Assembly (NCBI GenBank): GCA_035221665.1
Contig: CM069141.1
Span: 46,934,001 to 46,998,000 of the forward strand
Origin: Okamejei kenojei
Lineage: Eukaryota
DNA length: 64,000 nucleotides
Reading direction: 5' to 3'
Shown piece after piece: positions 1-9,848 of the stretch. Each line of letters starts with the position of its first letter. Position 1 is the stretch's first letter. The notes beneath the pieces are model-generated. The model ran no database searches. It saw only the letters and a program-made list of their open reading frames with translations, and was not told the origin of the DNA. The position numbers were made by a program, and so were the translations under genes.

Positions 1-1415
1 CGCTGATGAGCGCAAGCGTGCCATATGCAAATGTAACACCTAGCTCCCATTTTTAAAGAACTATTTTCTTATAGCCCCAAAATATTCTTATGTTCTTCAA
101 CTCTCTGCAATACATTGCCTCCCACTGATTATGGTGTGTCTGTGGAGTACACAAATCAGAAACGTCATTCAACCTACTGCAGAAACAACGTAGTGCAACA
201 TTGTCCCAACTGCTACCCTTGCCGCTGCGAATGTCATTTAGTTTAAACTTCTCAAAGATAATAGTATTTTCTATCCTTAATTTCCCATTCACAGTGCTAT
301 TGAAAACTAAAACATACTCATTGGTTTGCAATTCTGATGAAGGGCCCAGAACTGAGCATTTAATTGTTATCTTTCCTCATATAATCTATGACCTGATGAA
401 TGTTTGAAGCCTTTTGTGCTTCTTTCCTTCATAGATGAGATTTCATACTTGGGTCAATAGAGGCTTGAATCATATTCTGTGTCGTTCTGCAGCCGAAGTG
501 ATTTCGAAAGAACGCCCACATCCAGTGGAATAAATAATACAATACACAACCTCTGAGGATCAATGCGACATCGAACCGCTTATATGTAAATTGCACGAAG
601 GGAATGCTTGGAAAAAGTGCACAATGAAACAAAGGGTCGAAAAGTAAATAAGAAGTCACAAATCGGCCAATTTTCCTGCGCCCAACCTCCCACTGACACC
701 TTTGTCCGAGATCCCATTATATCAGTCTGATTCTCTGAATTAAAACGCGCACACAAATGCAGACACTCCTGACAGAATCATTCCAAATTTATTTTGTACT
801 TTCTGATTTGGGATGGTAAAAAATGCACCTGAGAATCAACTCTATTTGATTTAGAGCTGACTAATCTTTTCCCACGAACACGTTACTTGAAAGTCAAAAT
901 TCCTCCACCAGTTGGTACCATTGAAAGCGTTATGTGCACTAAATCCAGCTTTAAGAAATGTGACACTACAAAGAATCTCCTCAAATATTTACAATAAAAC
1001 AATAAGAAACTCTCTCAAAACACAAAGTATTTGGAGGAACGCAATAGGTCGGGGAAATGGACAGTCAACGATCTGGTTCAGGCCCCTTCTTCGATTCATT
1101 GCAGATGCTGCGTCCCCCGCTGCCTTCCTCCAGCACCGTGTATTTAGTTTTAGATTGCAGCAACTTCCATTAATAGACCCCAGCAGTGAAGAACAAAATC
1201 GTAGGAAGTTTCCAAATAAATATATTTCGTTTCAAATCTTAATTGCAATTGCCAGACCCCAACATATGTTGCAGAGAGTGTTTTTACCCCATATTATGTG
1301 TTCATTCTCAGAGGCACTGATATAAGGTGTTCATGTTTTGAGTGAATGGATCCTTTCAGATAGTATCAAGGATTGTCAGGTCACAATGCCCTCAGTACGT
1401 GTCTGCTTTGACTTT

Positions 1416-1590
1416 CAAAATTAAATGCTTCTGCTTCTTCTTCTTCTTGCGTATGGCATACACAGCCTAAAGTTGTACGACAACTTGTTATATTTGCTCT
1501 TATTTGATTGTGCACGCCGGGTTGATTGCATTCGTCGAAGCACGGCGGACCACGTGAAGGTTGCAATCTCCCACCCCAAAGTTAAATGCT
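1416..1590 (-). mobile_element. Short non-LTR retroposon insertion with (GAA)n-like tail and 14-bp TSD
   Basis: Insert 1430-1576 is absent from the paralogous unit 2 promoter. Flanked by caaaattaaatgct (1416-1429) and caaagttaaatgct (1577-1590); starts with (ttc)n on the + strand. Confidence 0.8.
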
Positions 1591-1700
1591 GAAAACAAAT
1601 CGAACCGTTATTTGCAGGAATTGGGGGTTATGGTTGTAGACCGTTAAATATTTAGGGGAACAGTCCAGCTTTAAGAATTACAACTGTAGTTATTGAAAAG

Positions 1701-1726
1701 AACTGGTCGTGTCGCTGTCTACCAAT
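1701..1726 (+). promoter_or_regulatory. Pcdh promoter conserved sequence element (CGCT box) + CCAAT, unit 1
   Basis: AACTGGTCGTGTCGCTGTCTACCAAT; CGCT at 1713-1716, 259 bp before the ATG. Repeated at the same spacing in units 2, 4 and 6. CGCT-box CSEs are the known hallmark of clustered Pcdh promoters. Confidence 0.85.
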
Positions 1727-1971
1727 GAGAATCTCGAGTGCACAGATGGATCCATTGCCCCTCCCACTGCCCAGAACAAAAACGTCAGACGCGACGAGAA
1801 AGGCAAGCAGTGGCCGCGTTTTGGTGCCGGAATAAAGCAGAGGAGGATAGATTTACCGTGTGTTTCCTTACGGCTTTCAGGATATGTGATTTTCTTTACC
1901 TTGTGGTAAGAAAATTTTTACGGATCACCCGAAGAGAGGCTTGGTTTTGGACATTAGCTGACTGCGGAACA

Positions 1972-4362
1972 ATGGCGTACAAAAAACAAAAAACGAGGTT
2001 TGCCTGCAATGTGTTTGTATCTATGTTGCTGATATGTGCACCGGATCTAATTACCGGGCAACTTCGTTATTCTATTCCCGAGGAAATGGAAGAAGGCGCT
2101 TTTGTTGGAAATCTCGCACAAGATCTGGGTCTGAACCTACGGCAAATGTCAGCTCGCAAATTGCGACTAAGCTCTGATGACGGAGGACGGTACATGAAGG
2201 TTGGTTCAGACAATGGGGTATTATCTATTCATGAAAGAATCGATAGGGAACGTATTTGTAGGCACACGGAAATGTGTACCATATATTTTAAAACAACACT
2301 GGATAATCCCTCGGAGGTGTACCGCGGGGAAGTAGAGATTCTCGATGTAAATGACAATCCTCCGAATTTCGGAGACGGAAGCATCGCCTTGCAGATATCT
2401 GAAGCGATTGCACCCGGAGTACGTTTCCGTCTTGAGAGCGCGGAAGATCCCGATATTGGAATAAATACTGTCACCGCCTACACAATCAGTTCCAATGAGC
2501 ACTTTAGTCTAAAAACGCATAAAACAGAAGATGGTATTATGGTCGCCGAGTTACTGTTAGAGAAATCTTTAGACCGAGAGGTGCAAGCATCACATGAACT
2601 CTTCCTTACGGCGACTGACGGGGGGATACCTCAGAGATCAGGCACAGCTCAGGTTCTTATTACTGTAGTGGACATTAATGATAATTCACCAGTGTTCGAT
2701 CGAGATAATTACAAGGGCATCTTAAGTGAGAACGCACGGCAAGGTGCCTATGTGATGCAAGTAAACGCAAATGACTTGGACGAAGGACTGAACGCGGAAC
2801 TGACGTACTCTTTTAGTGATGTTGCTTTGCGAAGAGTGCGGAATTTATTCAGATTAGACCCACATAGTGGGGAGATCCGTGTAGAAGGACCGCTGGATTA
2901 TGAAGAAGCAACGAGCTATTCTCTAGATATTCAAGCTATGGATAATGGTTCACCTCCAATTACTGGACACGCAAATGTGCTGATCAAAATAACTGACGTG
3001 AATGATAACGCACCCGAGATAACGGTGACATCAGCTTACACTAAAATCCCGGAAAATGCTCCACCAGGAACATTCATAACGTTCATTGATGTCATTGATC
3101 GTGATTCTGGAGAGAACGGTCACGTCCGCTGCGAGTTGTCTCAGAATGTTCCCTTTAGATTACAAACATCGTCGAACCATTATAAATTGGTTACCAGTAA
3201 AACGTTGGACCGTGAAGTGATTTCTGAGTATACATTACTAATTTCAGCATGGGATTTGGGGTCGCCTTCACTGTCGTCAAACAAAACTATCCATATTGCA
3301 ATAACCGATATAAACGATAACGCTCCGCGATTTGCTGCATCATCCTACAACGTATACGTGACGGAGAATAGTGTTCCGGGTGCATCCATTTTCGCACTAA
3401 CTGCACTAGATCCTGATCAGGAGCAGAATTCCTATGTCTCTTACTTTTTTGGGGACAATCAGATCCAAAACCTGCCAGTATCCACTTACCTATCTATTAA
3501 CTCAATGAACGGTACTATTTACGCGCTGCGTTCATTCGACTATGAGGAACTCAAGAACTTCCAGATCAACGTACAAGCCCGTGACACTGGGGTGCCTCCG
3601 TTAAGCAGCAGCGCCACGGTGAATGTCATCATCCTGGATCAAAATGACAACGCGCCGGTAATTATTTCACCTTTAGAACAGAGTGGATCAGCGGCAACGG
3701 AGATCGCGCCCCAGTCAGCGCGTCAAGGTTACTTGGTCACCAAAATAATAGCTACGGATGCAGATTCTGGTCAGAACTCACGACTCTTTCATCAGATGGT
3801 TAAATCTACCGATCCCACTTTGTTCAACGTTGGGAAGATTTCCGGTGAAATCAGAACTAGTCGCAACATTTTGCAGTCCGACAATGGTTTACAGACTCTG
3901 GTCATATTGGTCAAGGACAATGGGCAGCCAAGCCTGTCCAGTACAGTTACAATGAACATCAGAGTTTTGGAGAACAGCACTGAAGGAATCACCGAAAGCA
4001 GTACCGTGGTGAAGAATCCCGAATATTTCTCTGATCCAAATATTTACTTTATCATCATTTTCAGCTGCACTTCCGTTGTCTTTCTTGTGATCATCGTTCT
4101 GCTGATTGGCATCAAGTGCAAACAGGACAGAAGTATTATCCAAGGGTATAACACCCCCAGTTATTGTTACAATCATGGAGTGTTGCACGGTACGTTTAAT
4201 GGAGGACCTGCCATAGAGGAAACTTTGCGCTATCCCGGGACAGGCCGGGTTGTCCGCGTGTCGGAACCGCATCAATACTCGGTCTGCCTGTCTCCAGAGT
4301 CAGCGAAAAGTGATTTTCTCTTCTTGAAGCCACGCGGCGATCCCACGTCTCAGGCCGAATGA
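1972..4362 (+). CDS. Clustered protocadherin, single large exon, unit 1 (796 aa; intact)
   Basis: ATG in ACAATGG context shared by all intact paralogs. Hydrophobic signal, EC1 start RYSIPEEMEEGAFVGNLAQDLGL with ICxxxxxC, repeated DRE/DxNDN calcium-binding motifs (6 EC repeats), TM IYFIIIFSCTSVVFLVIIVLLIGI, tail with KSDFLFLKP, TGA stop. In frame with track ORF 1738..4362. Confidence 0.95.
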   Translation: MAYKKQKTRFACNVFVSMLLICAPDLITGQLRYSIPEEMEEGAFVGNLAQDLGLNLRQMSARKLRLSSDDGGRYMKVGSDNGVLSIHERIDRERICRHTEMCTIYFKTTLDNPSEVYRGEVEILDVNDNPPNFGDGSIALQISEAIAPGVRFRLESAEDPDIGINTVTAYTISSNEHFSLKTHKTEDGIMVAELLLEKSLDREVQASHELFLTATDGGIPQRSGTAQVLITVVDINDNSPVFDRDNYKGILSENARQGAYVMQVNANDLDEGLNAELTYSFSDVALRRVRNLFRLDPHSGEIRVEGPLDYEEATSYSLDIQAMDNGSPPITGHANVLIKITDVNDNAPEITVTSAYTKIPENAPPGTFITFIDVIDRDSGENGHVRCELSQNVPFRLQTSSNHYKLVTSKTLDREVISEYTLLISAWDLGSPSLSSNKTIHIAITDINDNAPRFAASSYNVYVTENSVPGASIFALTALDPDQEQNSYVSYFFGDNQIQNLPVSTYLSINSMNGTIYALRSFDYEELKNFQINVQARDTGVPPLSSSATVNVIILDQNDNAPVIISPLEQSGSAATEIAPQSARQGYLVTKIIATDADSGQNSRLFHQMVKSTDPTLFNVGKISGEIRTSRNILQSDNGLQTLVILVKDNGQPSLSSTVTMNIRVLENSTEGITESSTVVKNPEYFSDPNIYFIIIFSCTSVVFLVIIVLLIGIKCKQDRSIIQGYNTPSYCYNHGVLHGTFNGGPAIEETLRYPGTGRVVRVSEPHQYSVCLSPESAKSDFLFLKPRGDPTSQAE

Positions 4363-4528
4363 TGCGCATGCTCAAGGAAGGCGCATCTTATTTGGGGTCA
4401 TTTTACTCTCGAGGCATATGAATAATTCGTGAGTGAAATATTTAAGAACATGTTAATTTTCTGCATGTTTTCTATTTCCTTTAAATTGTGCATTTGTTGT
4501 AATGGCAAAGAATATATAATTTTTAGCA

Positions 4529-4534
4529 AATAAA
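4529..4534 (+). terminator. Candidate polyadenylation signal of unit 1
   Basis: AATAAA ~170 nt after the stop, in a ttttagcaAATAAA context also kept in unit 2 although the 3' flanks are diverged. Confidence 0.45.
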
Positions 4535-5487
4535 TTCCATCGTCTGAGAGTTATCTGTCAAATCTGAAGAAATCATATTGCCTATTATTGAACGACGTAC
4601 AGATATACATTGCAGCTGGACCAATCACATTAAGGATGCTAAGTACATTTACTTGCCTAAAGTAAAAAAATAACGTTTAAAAGATCCACAGCATATTCCA
4701 TATGAAGTGCTGATAGGTACAGAGCAAATAACTGAATAACAAACTTCGAAGACGTAAATGAAAATATAAAGTGAACGAGAAACACAAGATGCGAAAGCTG
4801 AAATATGGTGTAAGATAAAATGAGCTGGCGGGAAACTCACCAGGTGGGCCACGAAGTGGATAGATAACGTTTCAGGTTGCCCCGTACCTCCAATCTGGAC
4901 TAGGAGAGTATTAGCTGGTAGAGGTAAATGAAAATGGTGAGGCAAGTGTCGGCAAGTGGAATCCAGGAAAGGAAAACTTGGCTGGCACATGGAAAACAAC
5001 GGATGGAGATGGCCACATAGGCGGGAGTAAATATGTGAAAAAGAAGAATGAGATGGTGGAATCCGATAAGAAGGGAATGTACGAAAGAAACTATAGAAGT
5101 ATGGGCAGGCAGGGCTCATGCGAAACAGTACGATGGGTAGAGGAGGATGTGAGTGTGAGGACCGGTGTCGATCAGCAGGAGAAGGGGGTGGATGGGCGGT
5201 AATCTACAATTGAAGCAATGCATGTTCATGCCTTTGGATTGTAGGCCACACAAGCGGAATATGGGGTGCTGGTATTTCACTTTGTATATGACCTCCCTCT
5301 GAATATGGAGTAACCTGAGGACAGAGAGACTGTATTGGAATGGGAATGTGAAAATGCCTCAATCATGAGTTCCAGCTGGCCTACGAATGGCGTTCAGACC
5401 AGAACTGTGCAAAATTCTTCAAATGCGGCCAAAGCAATGATTTGTCCATTGCTAACAGGACATCTCAGCTATTTTATTCCCAACCTA

Positions 5488-7922
5488 CGCTGATAAGCGC
5501 AAGCTTGCCATATGCAAATGTAACTCTTAGCTCCCATTGTTAAAGAACTATTTTCTTATAGCTCTAAAATATCCTTATGTCCTTCAACTCTCTGGAATAC
5601 CTTGCCTCTCACTGATTATCGTGTGTCTGTGGAGCTCAGAAATCAGAAACGTCATACAACCTACAGCAGAAACAACGTAGTATAATATTGTCCCAACTGC
5701 TACCCTTGCAGCTGCGAATGTCATTTTATTAAAACTTCTGAAAGATATTAGTATTTTCTATCCTCCATTCCCCATTCACACTGCTGTTGGAAATTAAAAT
5801 ATTTTCATTGGTTTGCAATTCTGATGAAGGGCCCAGCACTGATCATTTAATTGTTTTCTTTCCTCATATAATCTATGACCTGATGGATGTTTGATGCCAT
5901 TTGTGTTTCTTTCCTTCATAGATGAGATTTCATACTTGGGTCACTAGAGGCTTGAATCATATTATGTGTCGTTCTGCAGCCGAAGTGATTTCGAAAGAAC
6001 GCCCACATCTAGTGGTATTAATAATACAATACACAACCTCTGAGGATCAATGCGACTTTGAGCCACTTATATGTAAATTGCACGAAGGGAATGCTTGGAA
6101 AAAGTGTACAATGAAACAAAGGGTCGCAAAATAAAAGGAATTCATAAATCGTCCAATTTTCCTGTGCGCAAGCTCCCACTGACATCTTTGTCCGAGATCC
6201 CATTATATCAGTCTGATTCTCTGAATTAAAATGCGCACACAAATGCAGACACTCCTGACAGAATCATTCCAAATTTATTTTGTACTTTCTGATTTGGGAT
6301 GGTAAAAAATGCACCTGACAATCAACTCTATTTGATTTAGAGCTGACTAATCTTTTCCCACGAACACCTTACTTGAAAGTCAAAATTATTTCACCAGTTG
6401 GTACCATTGAAAGCTTTATGTTCACTAAATCCAGCTTTTAAGAAATGTGACACTACAATTCTTTAAGAAATGTGACACTACAAAGAATCTCCTCAAATAT
6501 CTACAATAAAACTGTCAAAACACAAAGTATTGGAGGAAGGCAATGGATTCGGGGAAATGGACAGTCAACGATCCGGTTCAGGCCCCTTCTTCGATTGATT
6601 GCAGGTGCTGCGTCCCCCGGTGCCTTCCTCCAGCACCGTGTATTTAGTTTTAGATGGCAGTAACTTCCATTAATATACCCCAGCAGTGAAGAACAAAATC
6701 GTACGAAGTTTCCAAATAAATATATTTCGTTGCAAATCTTAATTGCAATTGCCAGACCCCAACATGTGTTGCAGAAAGTGTTTCCCCCATATTATGTGTT
6801 CATTCTCAGAAGCACTGATTTAAGTTGTTAATGTTTTGAGTGAATGGATCCTTTCAGATAGTATCAAGGAGTTTCAGGTCACAATGCCCTCAGTACGTGT
6901 CTGCTTTGACTTTCAAAGTTAAATGCTGAAAACAAATCGAACTGTTATTTGCAGGAATTGGGGGTTATGGTTGTAGACCGTTAAATATTTAGGGGAACCG
7001 TCCAGCTTTAAGAATTACAACTGTAGTTATTGAAAAGAACTGGTCGTGTCGCTGTCTACCAATAAGAAGCTCGAGTGCACAGATGGATCCATTGCCCCTC
7101 CCACTGCCCAGAACAAAAACGTCAGACGCGACGAGAAAGGCGAGCAGTGGCCGCATTTGGTGGCGGAATAAAGCAGAGGAGGATAGATTTACCGTGTGTT
7201 TCCTTACAGCTTTCAGGATATGTGATTTTCTTTATCTCGTGGTAAGAACATTTTTACGGATCACCCGAAGAGAGGCGTGGTTTTGGACATTTGCTGACTG
7301 CGGAACAATGGCGTACAAAAAACAAAAAACGAGATTTGCCTGCAATGTGTTTGCCGGTATGTTACTGATATGTGCACCGGATCTAATTACCGGGCAACTT
7401 CGTTATTCTATTCACGAAGAAATGGAAGAAGGCGCTTTTGTTGGAAATCTCGCTCAAGATCTGGGTCTGACCGTACGGCAAATGTCAGCTCGCAAAATGC
7501 GACTAAGCTCTGATGACGGAGGACGGTACATGAAGGTTGGTTCAGACAATGGGGTATTATCTATTCGTGAAAGAATCGACAGGGAACGTATTTGTAGGCA
7601 TGCAGACATATGTACCATGTATTTTAAAACAATACTGCAAAATCCCTTGGAGGTGTACCGCGGGGAAGTAGAGATTCTCGATGTCAATGACAATCCTCCG
7701 AATTTCGGAGACGGAAGCATCGCCTTACAGATATCTGAAGCGATTGCACCCGGAGTACGTTTCCGTCTTGAGAGCGCGGAAGATCCCGATGTTGGAATAA
7801 ATACTGTCACCGCCTACACAATCAGTTCCAATGAGCACTTTAGTCTAAAAACGCATAAAACAGAAGATGGTATTATGGTAGCCGAGTTACTGTTAGAGAA
7901 ATCTTTAGACCGAGAGGTGCAA
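5488..7922 (+). repeat. High-identity segmental repeat, copy B (upstream flank + promoter + EC1/EC2 of unit 2)
   Basis: See copy A. Confidence 0.9.
7038..7063 (+). promoter_or_regulatory. Pcdh promoter CSE (CGCT box) + CCAAT, unit 2
   Basis: Identical 26-mer; CGCT at 7050-7053. Confidence 0.85.
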
Positions 7923-9686
7923 ACATCACATCAACTCTTGCTTACGGCGACTGACGGTGGGATCCCTCAGAGATCAGCCACAGCTCAGGTTCTCATTACT
8001 GTATTGGACAATAATGATAATCCACCAGTGTTCGATCATGATATTTACAGGGGCACCGTAAGTGAGAACGCTCGGCAAGGTGCCATTGTGATGAAAGTCA
8101 ATGCAAATGACGTGGACGACGGAATGAATGCGGAGCTAACGTACACTTTTAGTGACGTTGCTTTGCGAAGAGCGCGTCATTTGTTCAGTTTAGACCCAGA
8201 TAGTGGGGAGATCCGTGTAGAAGGACCGCTGGATTTTGAAGAAGCAACTAGCTATTCTCTAGATATTCAAGCAGTGGACCACGGGACACCTGCAATTACT
8301 GGACACGCAAATGTGCTGATCAAAGTCATTGACGTGAACGATAACGCACCCGAGATTAAGGTGACATCAGCTTCTAACAGCATTCCGGAAAATGTTCCAC
8401 CAGGAACAGTCATAACGTTCATTGATATTATTGACCGTGATTCTGGAGAGAACGGTCAAACACGCTGCGGGATACCCAAGAACGTCCCCTTTAGAATACA
8501 AACGGCATCGATATTGGTTACCAGTAAACCGTTGGACCGTGAAGTGATTTCTGAGTATATATTAGTAATTACGGCATGGGACTTGGGGTCGCCTTCACTG
8601 ACATCTAATAAAACCATCCGTATTGCAATAACTGATGTAAACGACAACGCCCCGCGGTTTGCTGCATCATCCTACAATGTCTATGTGATGGAGAATAACG
8701 CTCCGGGTACGTCCATTTTCGCATTAACTGCACTAGATCATGATCTGGAGCAGAACGCCTATATTTCTTACTCGTTTGTGAACAATCACATCCAAAACCT
8801 GCCGGTATCCACTTACCTGACCATTAACCCAATAAACGGAACGATTTACGCGCTGCGTTCCTTTGATTATGAGAATTTCAAAAACTTCCAGATCAACGTA
8901 GAAGCCCGTGACGCTGGGGTGCCCCCATTAAGCAGCAGCGCCACGGTGAATGTGATAATCCTGGATCAAAATGACAACGCGCCGGTAATTGTTTCACCTT
9001 CAGTAGAGAGTGGATCCGCAACAGCGGAGATCGTGCCCCAGTCAGCGCGTCAAGGGTACTTGGTCACCAAAATAATGGCAACCGATGCAGATTCTGGTCA
9101 GAACTCACGGCTCTTTTACCAGATTACGAAATCTATCGATACCACTTTGTTCAACGTTGGGCAAAATTCCGGAGAAATCAGAACAGCACGGAATATTTTG
9201 CAGTCCGATAATCCTTTACAAACTCTGGTCATCTTGGTGAAGGACAATGGGCAGCCATGCCTGTCCAGTACAGTTACAATGAATATTAGAGTTTTAGAGA
9301 ACAGTACTGAAGGAATCACCCAAAGCAGTACCTTGGCGAAGAATCCAGAATATTTCGCTGATCCAAATGTTTACTTAATCATCATTTTCAGTTGCACCTC
9401 CGTTGTATTTCTTCTGGTCATCGTTTTGTTGATTGGCATGAAGTGCAAACAGGACAGAAGTATTATCCAAGGGTATAACTCCCCCAGTTATTGTTACAAT
9501 CATGGAGACATGCACGGCACGTTTAATGGAAGACCTATCATGGAGGAAACTTTACGCTATCCCGGGACGGGCCGGGTAGTCCGCGTGCCGGAACCGCACC
9601 AATATTCGGTCTGCCTGTCTCCAGAGTCAGCGAAAAGTGATTTTCTCTTTTTGAAGCCATGTGGCGATCCCACGTCTCAGGCCTAA
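7308..9686 (+). CDS. Clustered protocadherin, single large exon, unit 2 (792 aa; intact)
   Basis: Same architecture as unit 1 (MAYKKQK start, 6 EC, TM, KSDFLFLKP tail), TAA stop, 3-codon in-frame deletion in EC4. In frame with track ORF 7083..9686. Confidence 0.95.
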   Translation: MAYKKQKTRFACNVFAGMLLICAPDLITGQLRYSIHEEMEEGAFVGNLAQDLGLTVRQMSARKMRLSSDDGGRYMKVGSDNGVLSIRERIDRERICRHADICTMYFKTILQNPLEVYRGEVEILDVNDNPPNFGDGSIALQISEAIAPGVRFRLESAEDPDVGINTVTAYTISSNEHFSLKTHKTEDGIMVAELLLEKSLDREVQTSHQLLLTATDGGIPQRSATAQVLITVLDNNDNPPVFDHDIYRGTVSENARQGAIVMKVNANDVDDGMNAELTYTFSDVALRRARHLFSLDPDSGEIRVEGPLDFEEATSYSLDIQAVDHGTPAITGHANVLIKVIDVNDNAPEIKVTSASNSIPENVPPGTVITFIDIIDRDSGENGQTRCGIPKNVPFRIQTASILVTSKPLDREVISEYILVITAWDLGSPSLTSNKTIRIAITDVNDNAPRFAASSYNVYVMENNAPGTSIFALTALDHDLEQNAYISYSFVNNHIQNLPVSTYLTINPINGTIYALRSFDYENFKNFQINVEARDAGVPPLSSSATVNVIILDQNDNAPVIVSPSVESGSATAEIVPQSARQGYLVTKIMATDADSGQNSRLFYQITKSIDTTLFNVGQNSGEIRTARNILQSDNPLQTLVILVKDNGQPCLSSTVTMNIRVLENSTEGITQSSTLAKNPEYFADPNVYLIIIFSCTSVVFLLVIVLLIGMKCKQDRSIIQGYNSPSYCYNHGDMHGTFNGRPIMEETLRYPGTGRVVRVPEPHQYSVCLSPESAKSDFLFLKPCGDPTSQA

Positions 9687-9842
9687 AGATGCGTAACCCC
9701 AAGTAAGGCGCACCTTATCTGGGTCCATTTAATCTCAAAGAATGTGATTTCATTCGTGAATGAAATAATTAAGATTATATTATTTTGTGTAATTTCGCTT
9801 TCATTTAAATTGTGCATTTGTTGTAAAACATCACTTTTAGCA

Positions 9843-9848
9843 AATAAA
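9843..9848 (+). terminator. Candidate polyadenylation signal of unit 2
   Basis: AATAAA ~160 nt after the stop at the position homologous to unit 1. Confidence 0.45.

Larger units (their letters stand above)
1..2586 (+). repeat. High-identity segmental repeat, copy A (upstream flank + promoter + EC1/EC2 of unit 1)
   Basis: Colinear and nearly identical by eye to 5488-7922; position 1 (cgctgatgagcgcaagc) matches 5488 (cgctgataagcgcaagc). Confidence 0.9.

Noticed and set aside
1738-1971. N-terminal extensions of the Pcdh ORFs in the ORF track (1738, 7083, 19628 starts)
   Set aside because: They run through promoter/5' UTR sequence and differ in frame between paralogs. The conserved ACAATGG start directly precedes the signal peptide.
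2221-2502. Recurrent antisense ORFs over EC1-EC2 (also 7454-7810, 19876-20265, 62471-62746)
   Set aside because: Shadow frames of the conserved sense coding sequence, with variable starts and lengths.
2605-2630. Possible exonic CTCF site in the TATDGG codons of EC2
   Set aside because: Poor match to the CTCF core by eye (GCGACTGACGG) and conservation is explained by protein constraint; it would need a PWM scan or ChIP.
4425-4440. GTGAGT donor-like site after the unit 1 stop (and GTAAGG after the unit 2 stop)
   Set aside because: Both lie downstream of the stop codon and are not conserved among paralogs (GTGAAT, GCGAGT), so they cannot join a coding constant region.
6437-6483. 22-bp local tandem duplication upstream of unit 2
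   Set aside because: Ordinary slippage event with no evidence of function.
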